From contig NC_086097.1 of the NCBI RefSeq assembly GCF_963921235.1, forward strand, positions 10,416,001-10,480,000: 64,000 nt of DNA. The letters run 5' to 3'. Positions 23,915 to 36,100 of the stretch are shown here, piece by piece; position 1 is the first letter of the stretch; each line of letters starts with the position of its first letter. The stretch is from Mobula hypostoma (Eukaryota). The position numbers and the translations under genes were made by a program. Below the pieces are notes generated by a model, which searched no databases, was not told the origin of the DNA, and was given only the letters and a program-made list of their open reading frames with translations.

Positions 23915-24592
23915 CAACTGTAAAAAAACACAAATGTATGGTGATATCAAAACAGCAGGATACTCCCAACTCCCAATTGTACATTGGTAACCAAGAGATT
24001 GAACAAATGACCAGCTTTAATTACCTTGGTAGTTTTATATCACAAGATGCTAGAAGTAAAGTAGAAATAAATAGAAGAATTGCCATTGCCAAAACCAACT
24101 TCCAAAAAGTGAAACCCATTTTTACCAACAGACACATTTCTATGACAACAAGCCTTAGGCTACTAAAATGTTAAATCTTGCTGTATGCTTCCGAAACGTG
24201 GACTGTAACACCAGAACTCCAAAGAAACTTAGAAGCAACAGAAATGAGGTTTCTTAGAAGAATGCTGAAAATATCATATAGAGATAGAGTAACTAATGAG
24301 ACAGTACTTCAACATGCCCATACAAAAAGATCTTTAATGAGAACTTTAAATGAGAGGAAACTTAAATTCCTAGGCAATGTCATCAGAAAGGGATTAATAG
24401 AATGCCTTACTTTACAAGGCTGTATGCCTGGGAAATGCGGAAGAGGATGGCAAAGAAGAAAATATATGGACACTGTGAAAAAACTAACAGATCTAAGTGT
24501 GCGAGATATCATTGACGCTGCATGGGATCGTTCGATGTGGAGAGCCATGATCTCCCAAGCGTGTAACACGCAAGGCACGTGAAGAAGAAGAA
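23915..24592 (+). mobile_element. RTE-clade LINE 3' fragment
   Basis: FNYLGSFI, EINRRIAIAK, LYASETW, EMRFLRRML, FLGNVIRK; (GAA)n tail. Confidence 0.88.
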
Positions 24593-25159
24593 CTGTATGT
24601 ACTTTCATAATAAATTTACTTTGAATTTTGAACTTTTTGAACTGTATTTTATTCCAGAGTCCAGCATCTCCTTAGTCTCTATGAAAAATTGATTTCTGCA
24701 GGAGCCAATTTGCCATTCATGTCAACCGGAGTGTTCTATGTATTCACATTGTACCTCTGTGTTGTATTGCCTGTACTATACAGAAACAAAACAAAGCTAC
24801 CTGGAATGAAAAAATACTAATCTGAGCTTGCCATTGAAATGTAAGAGTTCATGCCAGAATCTGCAGTTGCCCATTCATCTACCTAGTTACAGCCAACCTG
24901 TCGGTGGTTTAAAAGGTTGTTCCTGGCCCAATACCAGGAGAGCTGTTAGTGTTTATCCAGACCTCCATGCTTCTGGCAGGAACACAAACCCAGTGCAGCT
25001 GTTTCTCAGTGATTTACTGCATCAATTCAAAAGCTCTGCATAGAATTGAGAAAAAAAAGAGTTTCAGGAACTGTTTTATCTTTCCCATGGAGTTCCTCAG
25101 AAAATAGAAATAGGACAGAAAGTAGTACAGAGCAGGAACAGACACTCTGGCCCAAGGTA

Positions 25160-25965
25160 TCCATAAGATATAGGAGTAGAATTAGGCCATTCAGCCCATC
25201 GAGTCTGCTCTGTCATTCCATCTTGGCTGATCTATTATCCTCCTGAACCCCATTCTCCTGCCTTCTCCCTGTAACCTTTGATGCACTGACTAATTAATAA
25301 CCAATCAGCCTCTGTTTTAAATATACAGTACTCAATGATTTGGCCACACTATCTGTGGCAATAATTCCACAGATTCACCACCATCTAGCTAGGTAAATTC
25401 CTCCTCGTCTTTGTTCTAAATGAGATGACCCTCTATTCTGAGGCTGTTCCCTCTGATCCTAGACTCCTCCACTATAGGAAACTTTCTCTGCACATCCACT
25501 TTATCTAGACCTTTCAATATTCGATAGACTTCTGTGCCAAATTAGAGTAATCCATAAGCCCATAAGACCATAAGACAAAGGAGCAGAAGTCGGCCATCCG
25601 GCCCATCGAGTCTGCTCCACCATTTTACCATGAGCTGATCCATTCTCCCATTTAGTGCCACTCCCCCGCCTTCTCACCATAACCTTTGATGCCTTGGCTA
25701 CTCAGATACCTGTCAATCTCTGCCTTAAATACACCCAATGACTTGGCCTCCACTGCTGCCCGTAGCAACAAATTCCATAGATTCACCACCCTCTGGCTAA
25801 AAAAATATCTTCGTATCTCTGTTCTGAATGGGTGCCCTTCAATCCTTAAGTCATGCCCTCTCATACTAGACTCCCCCATCATGGGAAGCAACTTTGCCAC
25901 ATCCACTTTGACCATGCCTTTCAACATTCGAAATGTTTCTATGAGGTCCCCCCTCATTCTTCTAA
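25160..25965 (-). mobile_element. Two tandem CR1 3' fragments
   Basis: FRRMRGDLIETF...FFSQRVVNLWN...GIKGYGEKAG; (CCATAAGA)n tails near 25160 and 25555. Confidence 0.85.
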
Positions 25966-26087
25966 ATCCCATCTGCTGTACATAGGCTATGTCTCCCTGT
26001 TCACGTATCTACCTACATACCTCTTAAAGGATATAATTGTATAATTGCCTTTTCTTCCACCACCCCCTCTGGCAGCAAGTTCTGTAA

Positions 26088-27764
26088 TTGATTATGGGGA
26101 GCAAGGACATGGCAGACCAATTGAATAATTACTTTGGTTCTTTCTTCACTAAGGAGGACATAAATAATCTTCCAGAAATAGTAGGGGACAGAGGGTCCAG
26201 TGAGATGGAGGAACTGAACGAAATACATGTTAGTAGGGAAGTGGTGTTAGGTAAATTGAAGGGATTGAAGGCAGATAAATCCCCAGGGCCAGGTGGTCTG
26301 CGTCCTAGAGTGCTTAAGGAAGTAGCCCAAGAAATTGTGGATACGTTAGCGATAATTTTTCAAAACTCGTTAGATTCTGGACTAGTTCCTGAGGATTGGA
26401 GGGTGGCTAATGTAACCCCGCTTTTTAAAAAAGGAGGGAGAGAGAAACCAGGGAATTATAGACCGGTTAGCCTAACATCGGTGGTGGGGAAACTGCTAGA
26501 GTCAGTTATCAAAGATGTAATATCAGCTCATTTGGAAAGCGGTGAAATCATCGGACAAAGTCAGCATGGATTTGTGAAAGGAAAATCATGTCTGACGAAT
26601 CTCATAGAATTTTTTGAGGATGTATCTAGTAGAGTGGATAGGGGAGAACCAGTGGATGTGGTATATTTGGATTTTCAAAAGGCTTTTGACAAGGTCCCAC
26701 ACAGGAGATTAGTGTGCAAACTTAAAGCACACAGTATTGGGGGTAAGGTATTGATGTGGATGGAGAATTGGTTAGCAGACAGGAAGCAAAGAGTGGGAAT
26801 AAACGGGACCTTTTCAGAATGGCAGGCGGTGACTAGTGGGGTACCGCAAGGCTCAGTGCTGGGACCCCAGTTGTTTACAATATATATTAATGACTTGGAT
26901 GAGGGAATTAAATGCAGCATCTCCAAGTTTGCGGATGACACGAAGCTGGGTGGCAGTGTTGGCTGTGAGGAGGATGCTAAGAGGATGCAGAGTGACTTGG
27001 ATAGGTTGGGTGAGTGGGCAAATTCATGGCAGATGCAATTTAATGTGGATAAATGTGAAGATATCCACTTTGGTGGCAAAAATAGGAAAACAGATTATTA
27101 TCTGAATGGTGGCCGATTAGGAAAAGGGGAGGTGCAACGAGACCTGGGTGTCATTATACACCAGTCATTGAAAGTGGGCATGCAGGTACAGCAGGCGGTG
27201 AAAAAGGCGAATGGCATGCTGGCATTTATAGCGAGAGGATTCGAGTACAGGAGCAGGGAGGTACTACTGCAGTTGTACAAGGCCTTGGTGAGACCACACC
27301 TGGAGTATTGTGTGCAGTTTTGGTCACCTAAACTGAGGAAAGACATCCTTGCCACAGAGGGAGTACAAAGAAGGTTCACCAGATTGATTCCTGGGATGGC
27401 AGGACTTTCATATGAAGAAAGACTGGATGAACTGGGCTTGTACTCGTTGGAATTTAGAAGATTGAGGGGGGATCTGATTGAAACGTATAAAATCCTAAAG
27501 GGATTGGACAGGCTAGATGCAGGAAGATTGTTCCCGATGTTGGGGAAGTCCAGAATGAGGGGTCACAGTTTGAGGATAAAGGGGAAGCCTTTTAGGACCG
27601 AGATTAGGAAAAACTTCACACAGAGAGTGGTGAATCTGTGGAATTCTCTGCCACAGGAAACAGTTGAGGCCAGTTCATTGACTATATTTAAGAGGGAGTT
27701 AGATATGGCCCTTGTGGCTACGGGGATCAGGGGGTATGGAGGGAAGGCTGGGGCGGGGTTCTGA
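26088..27764 (+). CDS. CR1 ORF2 reverse transcriptase portion (no endonuclease)
   Basis: NYRPVSLTS, QHGF, YLDFQKAFDKV, SGVPQGSVLGP, KFADDTK, LVRPHLEY. Confidence 0.9.
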   Translation: MIMGSKDMADQLNNYFGSFFTKEDINNLPEIVGDRGSSEMEELNEIHVSREVVLGKLKGLKADKSPGPGGLRPRVLKEVAQEIVDTLAIIFQNSLDSGLVPEDWRVANVTPLFKKGGREKPGNYRPVSLTSVVGKLLESVIKDVISAHLESGEIIGQSQHGFVKGKSCLTNLIEFFEDVSSRVDRGEPVDVVYLDFQKAFDKVPHRRLVCKLKAHSIGGKVLMWMENWLADRKQRVGINGTFSEWQAVTSGVPQGSVLGPQLFTIYINDLDEGIKCSISKFADDTKLGGSVGCEEDAKRMQSDLDRLGEWANSWQMQFNVDKCEDIHFGGKNRKTDYYLNGGRLGKGEVQRDLGVIIHQSLKVGMQVQQAVKKANGMLAFIARGFEYRSREVLLQLYKALVRPHLEYCVQFWSPKLRKDILATEGVQRRFTRLIPGMAGLSYEERLDELGLYSLEFRRLRGDLIETYKILKGLDRLDAGRLFPMLGKSRMRGHSLRIKGKPFRTEIRKNFTQRVVNLWNSLPQETVEASSLTIFKRELDMALVATGIRGYGGKAGAGF

Positions 27765-27860
27765 GTTGGATGATCTGCCATGATCATAATAAATGGCGGT
27801 GCAGGCTCGAAGGGCCGAATGGCCTACTCCTGCACCTATTTTCTATGTTTCTATGTTTCT
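26088..27860 (+). mobile_element. Young 5'-truncated CR1 LINE
   Basis: Uninterrupted 558-aa RT ORF, 3' UTR hairpin, (TTCTATGT)n tail; inserted into an older minus-strand CR1. Confidence 0.95.
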
Positions 27861-28269
27861 ATAAGCATATAGCACTCTCTGTCAAAAAAAAAGACTTGCA
27901 ACCTCCTTTTAATTTTCCCTCTATCCCCTTAAAGATATGGTCTCTATTATTTGACACTTCCACACTGAAATTCGAAAAAGACTCTGACTTTCCATCCTAT
28001 TTCCCTCATAATGTTATACATGTTGTATTAGGTCATCACCTCACTCTCTGACACTCCAAAGAAAACAATTCAAGTTTATCCAAACTTTTTTTCTTATGAC
28101 TGGTGTTCTCTAATCCAGGGAGCACCTGGATGAAGCCTCTTAGATCTTTCTCCAAAGACTCCACAACCTTTTAGTACTGTGGCAACCAGAACTGCATGCA
28201 ATACTACAAATGTGGAATAAAGAAAGTTTTACCCAGCTGTAACATGACTTGCTGACTTTTATGCCCAAT

Positions 28270-28830
28270 GCTCCAAATGTTCAATGCCATTTGAATGGGA
28301 AATCCTACAGAAAGAAATGGATACAGCCCAGTCCGTCACGGGTAAATCCCTTCCCATCCTTGAGCACAGTTACATGGAGCTCAGCATCTGTCAACAGAGA
28401 ACCTCACCATCCAGTCCGTGTTTTCTTCTCACTGGTCTCACCAGGAAGAAGGTGCAGGAGCCTGAGGACTCACACCACTTGGTTCAGGAACAGTTATTAA
28501 CCCTCAATCATCTGGCTCTTGAGTGGAAGTTTCACTCAACGTCACTTATCCCAGCATTGAACTGCTCCCACAACCTACGAACTCACTTTCAAGATCTCTT
28601 GATCTCAAGTTCTTAACAGTTATTGTTAATTAATTTATTATTATTATTCTTTTTTTTAAGTTAAACAGTTTGTTGCCTTTCACATATTGGTTGTTTGTCC
28701 GCCCTGTTGGGTGCAGTATTCAATTGATTCTATTGTATTTCTCAGTTCTACAGTGAATGCCTGTAAGAAAAAGAGTCTCAGGTTTGTATATGTGACATAT
28801 ATGTACTTTGATAATAAATTTACTTTGAAG
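28270..28830 (+). mobile_element. Rex1/Babar 3' fragment
   Basis: PHHP...GRRCRSLRTHTTWFRNSY; GATAATAAATTTACTTTGAA tail. Confidence 0.7.
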
Positions 28831-28974
28831 TATGCCTCGGGCAATGCCATCTGTTCCAGCTTAACAGGCTGGATGCAGGAAATTTGTTTTCCGTGGCTGG
28901 GAGTCTGGAACGAGGATTTGTAAATGTCCATAAATGAGACAAGGCAATTAGGACCGAAATGAGCAGACATTTCC

Positions 28975-29425
28975 AAGGATGTTGCCAGGACTTGGGGACC
29001 TGTGTTATCGTGAAAGATTGAATAGTTCTGGACTATATTCTCTAAAGCACAGAAGATTGAGAGGAGATTTGACAGAAGTACACAAATTTATGAGAGGTAA
29101 ATTCAGGCAGGCTTTTTCCATTGAGGTTGAGTGGGACTACAAGCAGATGTCATGGGTTAAGATTGAAAGGTGAGAAGTTTAAGGGAACATGAGGGGGAAC
29201 TTCTTAATTCAGAGGATCATTAGAGTGTGGAATGAGCTGCCAGTATAAATGGTCCATACAAGCTGGATTTCATCACCTAACAGAAGTTTGGGTATATACA
29301 TGAATGGTAAGACTTTGGGGGGCTATGTTTTTGGTGCAGGTCAATGGGAGTAAGCAGTTTACATGATTTCAGCATGGATTAAATGAGCCTAAATGCCTGT
29401 TTCTGTGCTGTACTTTTCTATGATT
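28975..29425 (+). mobile_element. CR1 3' fragment
   Basis: MLPGLGDLCYRERL...RRLRGDLTEVHK. Confidence 0.75.
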
Positions 29426-29788
29426 TAATTGAAAACTGGAGTTGAATAATTTTGAAAGAAACCTCATTAGTTTACAAAACCCCTTGCAGATGCAATTTAT
29501 CTAATACACAAAGCTCTAAAAGTAATAGAAATCTGTTTGATTCATATGCAGTGCTGTCTTCGAATTTAAAAATTATCTATTGCTTTAGCAGAAGAGGATG
29601 GAAGTACATGTCACAGCCAGCATAATCAAATACCTCACCCACAGGACATTCTCTCTTCACTCCCCTTTCATCAGGCAGAAGATACAAAACCCTGAAAGCA
29701 CGTACCATCAGAATCAAGGGCAGCTTCTATCATGCTGTTAAAAAACTATTGAATGGTATCTTAGTATGATAAGATGAGCTCTTGCCCT

Positions 29789-31097
29789 ATGAACAACTTT
29801 AAATTGAATTAGGGAGTGTTTAGAACAGATAGAGGAAATATTAACTAGTTGTGAAATATGCGCCCAGTCATCCACCGGAATAATAAAACCCAATTCCTTT
29901 TCCTAATCTGACCTAATCTTATCAAATGGAGCTTTCCTAAGTTTCATAATAGTATTATAAATAATAGCCGTTACACCTTTCTGACATGGATTAAGGTTAA
30001 TTATAGTATCTAAAATATATGTAGGAAGTAACGTTGGAAAGGAAGAGAGTATAGCGCTTGGGAAATTTCTAACTTGGAGATATCTAAAAAAATGTATTCT
30101 TGGTAAGTTATATTTGTTGGATAATTGCTCAAAAGACATAAGGGAACCATCTAAAAATAAATCAAAAAACCGTGAAATACCATTAGTCTTCCAAATTTGA
30201 AAGGCACGGTCAGTGGAAGAGAGAGGGAAGAATATGTTACCTAAAATAGGAATCGCAAGCCCAAATTGATTAAGATCGAAAAATATGTCTAAAGATTAAT
30301 TAGCTCATTTTTATTCTCATATTAACCCTTTGTGTGACAGGTGTCATGGGGAGATAGCTTCCTTAACTCATATGTTTTGGGCCTGTCCTACTCTGGAAAC
30401 TTTTTGGAAGGATATTTTTAATATTATTTCAAAGGTATTGAATATAGATATTTCTCCCCATCCTATTACTGCTATCTTTGGATTACCTAAAATTTCCAGT
30501 AATCTTTCCGCTTCAGCCCGTAGATTGATTGCATTTCTTACTTTAATGGTGAAAAGATATATTTTACAGCATTGGAAGGAGATTAATGCTCCAACTACAT
30601 TCTTTTGGTTTTCCCAGATGATACTATGTTTAAATCTGGAGAAAATTAGAAGTAATCTTTATGATTCTTCAGTTAAATTTGAACAGACTTGGAGATCTTT
30701 TATTCAACATTTTCATTTAATGTAACTTTTTTTTTCTTTCTCTGGCCATATTTACATTCCCTTCTTGCTTTTTAACTGTTTTTAATGGAGGTCGGGTTTG
30801 AGGACGTGATTGTTTTAAGTTGTTTAACTCTACTTGATACCTAGTTAGCCCATTGTTTTGCTTTGCTTTTTAGTTTAGTTACACGGTGGGTTTTTTTTTG
30901 GGTTTTTTTTCCTTATTGACATATTTGAAAATTAGTATACTATTATATTACCTGGTTATCTTATATCTAAACTGCACTGTTTGTACTAACTTTTTTTTTG
31001 TGTATTAATATCTCTTGTAAAGTTATATTGCAACTGTGTATCAGTGCCTATATGGTTTACCTTTTGTGTACTAATTCAATAAAAAGATTTAAAAAGA
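29789..31097 (+). mobile_element. L1 (fish-type) 3' fragment with 5' inversion
   Basis: 29789-30283 minus-strand ORF2 (SFEQL..KY.L...FFRYLQVR...IQFKVVHRA); 30283-31097 plus-strand continuation MSKD...CDRCHGEIASLTHMFWAC, T-rich 3' UTR, AATAAA, A-rich tail; 18-bp TSD. Confidence 0.9.
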
Positions 31098-31399
31098 AAG
31101 GTGGGCTCTTGCCCTCACAATCTACCTCATTATGTCATGAGCCGTGTGGGCCTGTTCACCTATACAGTATATGTTAATTGTTGTCTTATCTAGAGTCATT
31201 ATACACTTGTCCTTTCTGTTTAATCCTATTGAGTTTATTTTGACTGACACGGGTTTTCTGCGCTTTGTGATTATTTAATGTGGACTCCTTATTAGTGTTT
31301 TTGCCGGTCCTTGTGTTTTGAGAATGATTTGCCTCACCTCACAGTGTCGCTCAGTTAAACCACTGATGTTCTGTTGGAATTATTATGAATTAAAAATAC

Positions 31400-31785
31400 T
31401 AGAAATTCTGAAGATGCTAGAAATCCAAAGCAACACACACAAAATGCTGGAGGACCTCAGCAGGTAGAAGTGTATAGGGACAGGAGATCTGTAGTGAAAA
31501 TGAAACAATCGGGGCCAAGAAGTCATTGAAAAGATCGAGGGTGTGTGAACTGTCACGGATGTAGGTAGGAAGGGACTGTACTGGCGGTATAAAACAGAGT
31601 CAAGGTATGCAAACAGATGTTCTGTGGGACAGGAGCAAAGAGAAGTAATGAATCTACCTGGACAGTCAGTTTTGTGGATTTCAGGTAGTAGATAGAACTG
31701 AGGGATGTGGGGTAAGGAAACTATGAGGTTGATGACAGTGGATGGGAGATACCTGGAGTCGATGAGCTCAGTGACGGTGTGGGAG
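31400..31785 (-). mobile_element. Deleted PLE fragment (pLTR end + RT piece)
   Basis: pLTR reverse complement 31400-31465; minus strand FYLLPEIHK..CPGR...CSCPTE homologous to 1190-1270. Confidence 0.7.
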
Positions 31786-32179
31786 AGTCCCTCCAGCTTT
31801 TTGAGCGTGTGTCTATGAATAAACTCTTATTTCTGACTCTACATGGGATTCTGTCATTCGTTCACACCTGGGTTCAGTTGTCTGTCACTAGGACTAGAGG
31901 TCATGGGTTAAGTGTGAAAGATGAAATGTTTAAGGCGAACATAAGCAGGAACTTCTTCACACAGAGACTGATGAGAGTGTCGAATGAGCTGCCAGCAGAA
32001 GTGGTGGATGTAGGTTTGACTTCAACATTTAAGAAAAATTTGGGTACGGTATTGTGCAAAAGTCTTAGGCAAATTTATATATAGCTAGGATAGAATAATA
32101 GTTCAACAGGACTAGTTGGAGCAAAGGGCCTGTTTCTGTGCTGCCATGTTCTAGGACTCTGGGACTCTTACATAGGATA

Positions 32180-32870
32180 TAGAACACCACAGCACTGACC
32201 TTTCTCTTCACCTACTCTAAGATCAATCTAACTCTTCCCTCCCACATAGCCCACCATTTTTCTATCATCCATGTATTTATCTAAGAGCTTGTTAAATTCC
32301 TTTAATATATCAGCCTTTACTACCATCCCTGGCAGGGGCTTCCATGTACACCCCACACTCTGTGTAAAAAAACTTACATCTGACATTCCACTATACTTCC
32401 CTCCAATTGTTTAATCATTTTAAAAGTATGCCCCCCTGGTATTAGGCATTTCAGCCCTGGGAAAAAAATCTCTGGTTATCCTCTCAATCTATGCCTCTTA
32501 TACCTTTGTCCATTCACCCCTTATCTTCCTTCACTTCAAAGCGAGAAGCCCTAGGTCATTCAACCTATCCTCCTAAGGCATGCTCACTTATCCTGGCAGC
32601 ATCCAAGTAAAGCTCCTCTGCACCCTCTCTAAAACTTTACCTTCTTCCTATAATGATGCAACCGGAATTGAACACAATATTCCAATGTGGTCTACCGATG
32701 TTTTTATAGAGGTGCAATGTTATCTCTTGAACTCAATCCCACCGACTAATGAACACCAACACGCCATATGCCTTCTTAACCACCCTATCAATGTGCATAG
32801 CAACTCTGAAGGATCTATGGACATGGACCCCAAGGTCCCTCTGACCCTCCACGCTGCTAAAAATCAATAA
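32180..32870 (-). mobile_element. CR1 3' fragment, degenerate
   Basis: Similar to 53800-54500 along its length. Confidence 0.65.
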
Positions 32871-33559
32871 GAATTTCTTCAACAACATTGTGAGGAACAT
32901 GTGGAATTCTCCACCTCAGATGCAGAGGCCATTAATGAGTGTATTACATAGAAGGTAGCGAGATTCCTTGTTATAATCCACCTAACCATGCCAGCTTCTG
33001 GGGTGTAGTTGCTCCAACTCTCTGGAATATAGATAGCTGCTGCAGTGCCTTTAAAGAGTCAGGCCTGCCCCACTAATTAGTGGCCATGTTCTTGCATCAG
33101 AATTTTAATATTTTAAAAGCACCTGAACTGAGTTTCAGTGCTTAATCGTCAGCTCTACTTTTGATTCTCGTCTAGCATTTAGTTTAGAACCCTGTCCTCG
33201 TTTCAGTCTTGTGTCGTGTCTTGGTTCTAGTCTCGGATACTCCGCACTTGGTCCTAACCATTCTCACCAAGGTCTCTCATCATATTCCCCACACAAAAGG
33301 CTTAGACAGAGTGTGTGTGAACATATAATAGAAACAGAAGATCATCCTTGAATGTACTGTAGAGTGCAGCAGGCTTAGGAGGCTAAAAGGGCTGCTCCTT
33401 ATCCTATTTTTTTCTCAATGAATCTATGCAGCATTCACTTTGTATGTAAAAGTTCACAAACAGCTAAAGTGTTTGTTAACCAAACTTTCTAAAGTATGGC
33501 TAAAGATTTCTGGAAGCTTATAGTTTTATTTACCTGTGTCAATCATCACTGCTCAGTAC

Positions 33560-34355
33560 AGAAACTGATGGAGAGGAAGGCTCTACAATGGGTAGTCAAA
33601 ACTGCCCAAAGCATCACTGGCACCAGCCTACCCAACATCAGGGACATAAACACAGGAGCCATAAAAAACCCAGTAACATCATGAAGGATCCTACCCACCC
33701 TGCTCATGGTCTGTTTGTCCCACACACATCAGAGATGAGGCTATGTAGCATCCATGTGATGACCACCAGACTCAAAAATAGTTATATTTTCCAAGCAGGA
33801 AGGCTGATTAACACTTCTACTATTAACCCACCCCTCCATTCCAGTCACCCTCGTCACACCACTACTACTTTATCATCTCCTGTCAGTCACTTTATGTACA
33901 GACACTCCTGTGCATAGTGTCACTTTATGTACATGCAATCAATCTCTGTATATAAGATAAATACTTTATTGATCCCAAAGGAAATTACAGTGTCACAGTA
34001 ACATTACAAGTACACAGATATACAAATATAAGAAGAGAAGTAAGAAAGAATAAAAACAAGTTATCACAAGCAATCTAACAGGAGCGGGAGTCATCATTTC
34101 TCCAGCTATAGGTTGACTCATTATAGAGCCTAATGGCCGAGGGTAAGAATGACATCATATAGCGCTCTTTGGAGCAGCGCTGTTGTCTGAAAGTGTTCTT
34201 CTGTTCAGCCAAGGTGGCATACAGAGGCTGAGAAACATTGCCCAGACTTTCCAGGATTTTCCTGTTCCACCACAGCCTCTAGTGCATCCAGTTCTCTCCT
34301 ATCACAGAGTCGCCTTTCTAATCAGTTTATTGAGCTGGTTGACATCACCCATTAG
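33560..34355. mobile_element. Two tail-to-tail Rex1/Babar 3' fragments
   Basis: ERKALQWVVKTAQSITG, DPTHPAHGLF, TTRLKNSY on plus; second 3' end with TTTATTGATCCC on minus. Confidence 0.7.
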
Positions 34356-35719
34356 TTACCTCCAGTGTCCCCTCAATTTAATCATCTAATGAATAAAATA
34401 AAGGATATGGACATAATATTTACCAGAGTGAAATGCCTCTTATGGAAATTCACCTCTAGAAACTATATTTTATTCTGTCATATTATGTGGACATCGCTGT
34501 CTTTATTATCATACTGAATTGAATAGCTTGTTGGTTATCTCAGAAATAATTTATAGTCAACAACTTTGACCAGAAAAAGAATTAGGTTTATTATCACTGA
34601 CATCTTGTATGTCATGACATTTGTTTTGTGTCAGTGACACAGTGCAATACGTTAAAAATACCTTTAAGTTTCATTAAGAAATATATAAAAGTAGTGAAAA
34701 GGACAAAACAGTGAGGTAGTTTTCATCAACTGCTGAGAAATCTGATGGCAGAGGAGAAGTAGTTCTTTGTAAGACATGGAGCGTGCATAGTCAGGCTCCT
34801 GTACCTGCTCCCTGATACTGGAAATGATAAGTGGACAGGTTCTGGATGGTAGAGTTTGACGGAGTATGGAACTTCCGTGAATGGACAAAGACTGCAGAAT
34901 GCCTACCTTGAAGGATCAAACAGGCAATTTTTTGAAATAATGTGGTAATTTCTTGGTCACCATTAACGACATTGGTCTTTTGCTTCAATGTTTATTTATT
35001 TATTTGTTTAGAGTGGGTCCTTCCTGTGCTTCAAGCCACACCTCTCAGCAAGACCTGACAAACCTAACTAACCCTAATCCAATTGCGGGACAATTTATAA
35101 TGACCATTTAACCTACCCAGTATGTCTTTGGACTGTGGGAGGAAAATGGAGGACCTGGAGAAAACCCACACAATACAGAGTTATTTATGCTTTAGGTGAA
35201 TTTACGATCCTCTGCTACCCAGGTGGGCTTTGTGCTTGTGACTGAGTTAGTAATCAAGGCTTCAACCCTCTAGTCAGGTAATTTAACTGCAGTACTGCTG
35301 TGTCCTTGTAACTCCTACGCAGCCAACTGTGCCTGGTTATGCTGAGGAGCGTGCGTACTGCTGAACAGAACAAAACACCCGGCCTTTGGAGCAATGTTAT
35401 GCTATTGTACGAGTACAAACAGTTGGGCAGCAGATGCTTAACATTAATGAATCAACTTTTTAAATGTCAATTAGGCAAAATTTAAACCTAGTTTGAAGAG
35501 GACATCTTCCAAAGGTGATACCTCAAAGAGACAGCATCTGTCATCCCCATTACGCAGGACATGCCCTTCAGGTATAGGAGCTTGAAGAGATGCACTCAAT
35601 GCTTTCAGAACAGCCTTTTCCACTCCACCATCAGATTTCTGAATGGACAATGAGCCCATGTACACTACCTCACTATTTTTTCCCTTTATGAACTAATTAA
35701 ATTTATTATATACATATAG

Positions 35720-36100
35720 GAATTCAGAAGAATGAGGGGTGACCTTATTGAAATCTACTGAATGTTGAAAGGCCTCAGCAGAGTGGGTGTTTCCTATAGT
35801 GAGGGAGTCTAAGAGCAGAGGGCACAGATTCATCTCCTTTTATTTCACAGATGAGGAAGAATTCCTTTCAGCCAGAGAGTGGCGAATCTGTGGAATTCTT
35901 TGCCACAGGTGGTTGTGGAGGCCAAGTTAGTGTGTATAATTAAGGCAGAAGTTGATAGTTAGTCAGGGCATGAAGGGATATGTGAACAAGGCGGGAGTTT
36001 GGAACTGAGAGGGAAAATGAATCAGCCATGATGAAATGGGGGAGCAGACTCAATGGGTCAAATAGTCTAATTCGGCTTCGATATTTTATGGTTTATAGTC
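35720..36100 (+). mobile_element. CR1 3' fragment
   Basis: GAATTCAGAAGAATGAGGGGTGACCTTATTGAA...CAGAGAGTGG.GAATCTGTGGAATTC. Confidence 0.75.
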
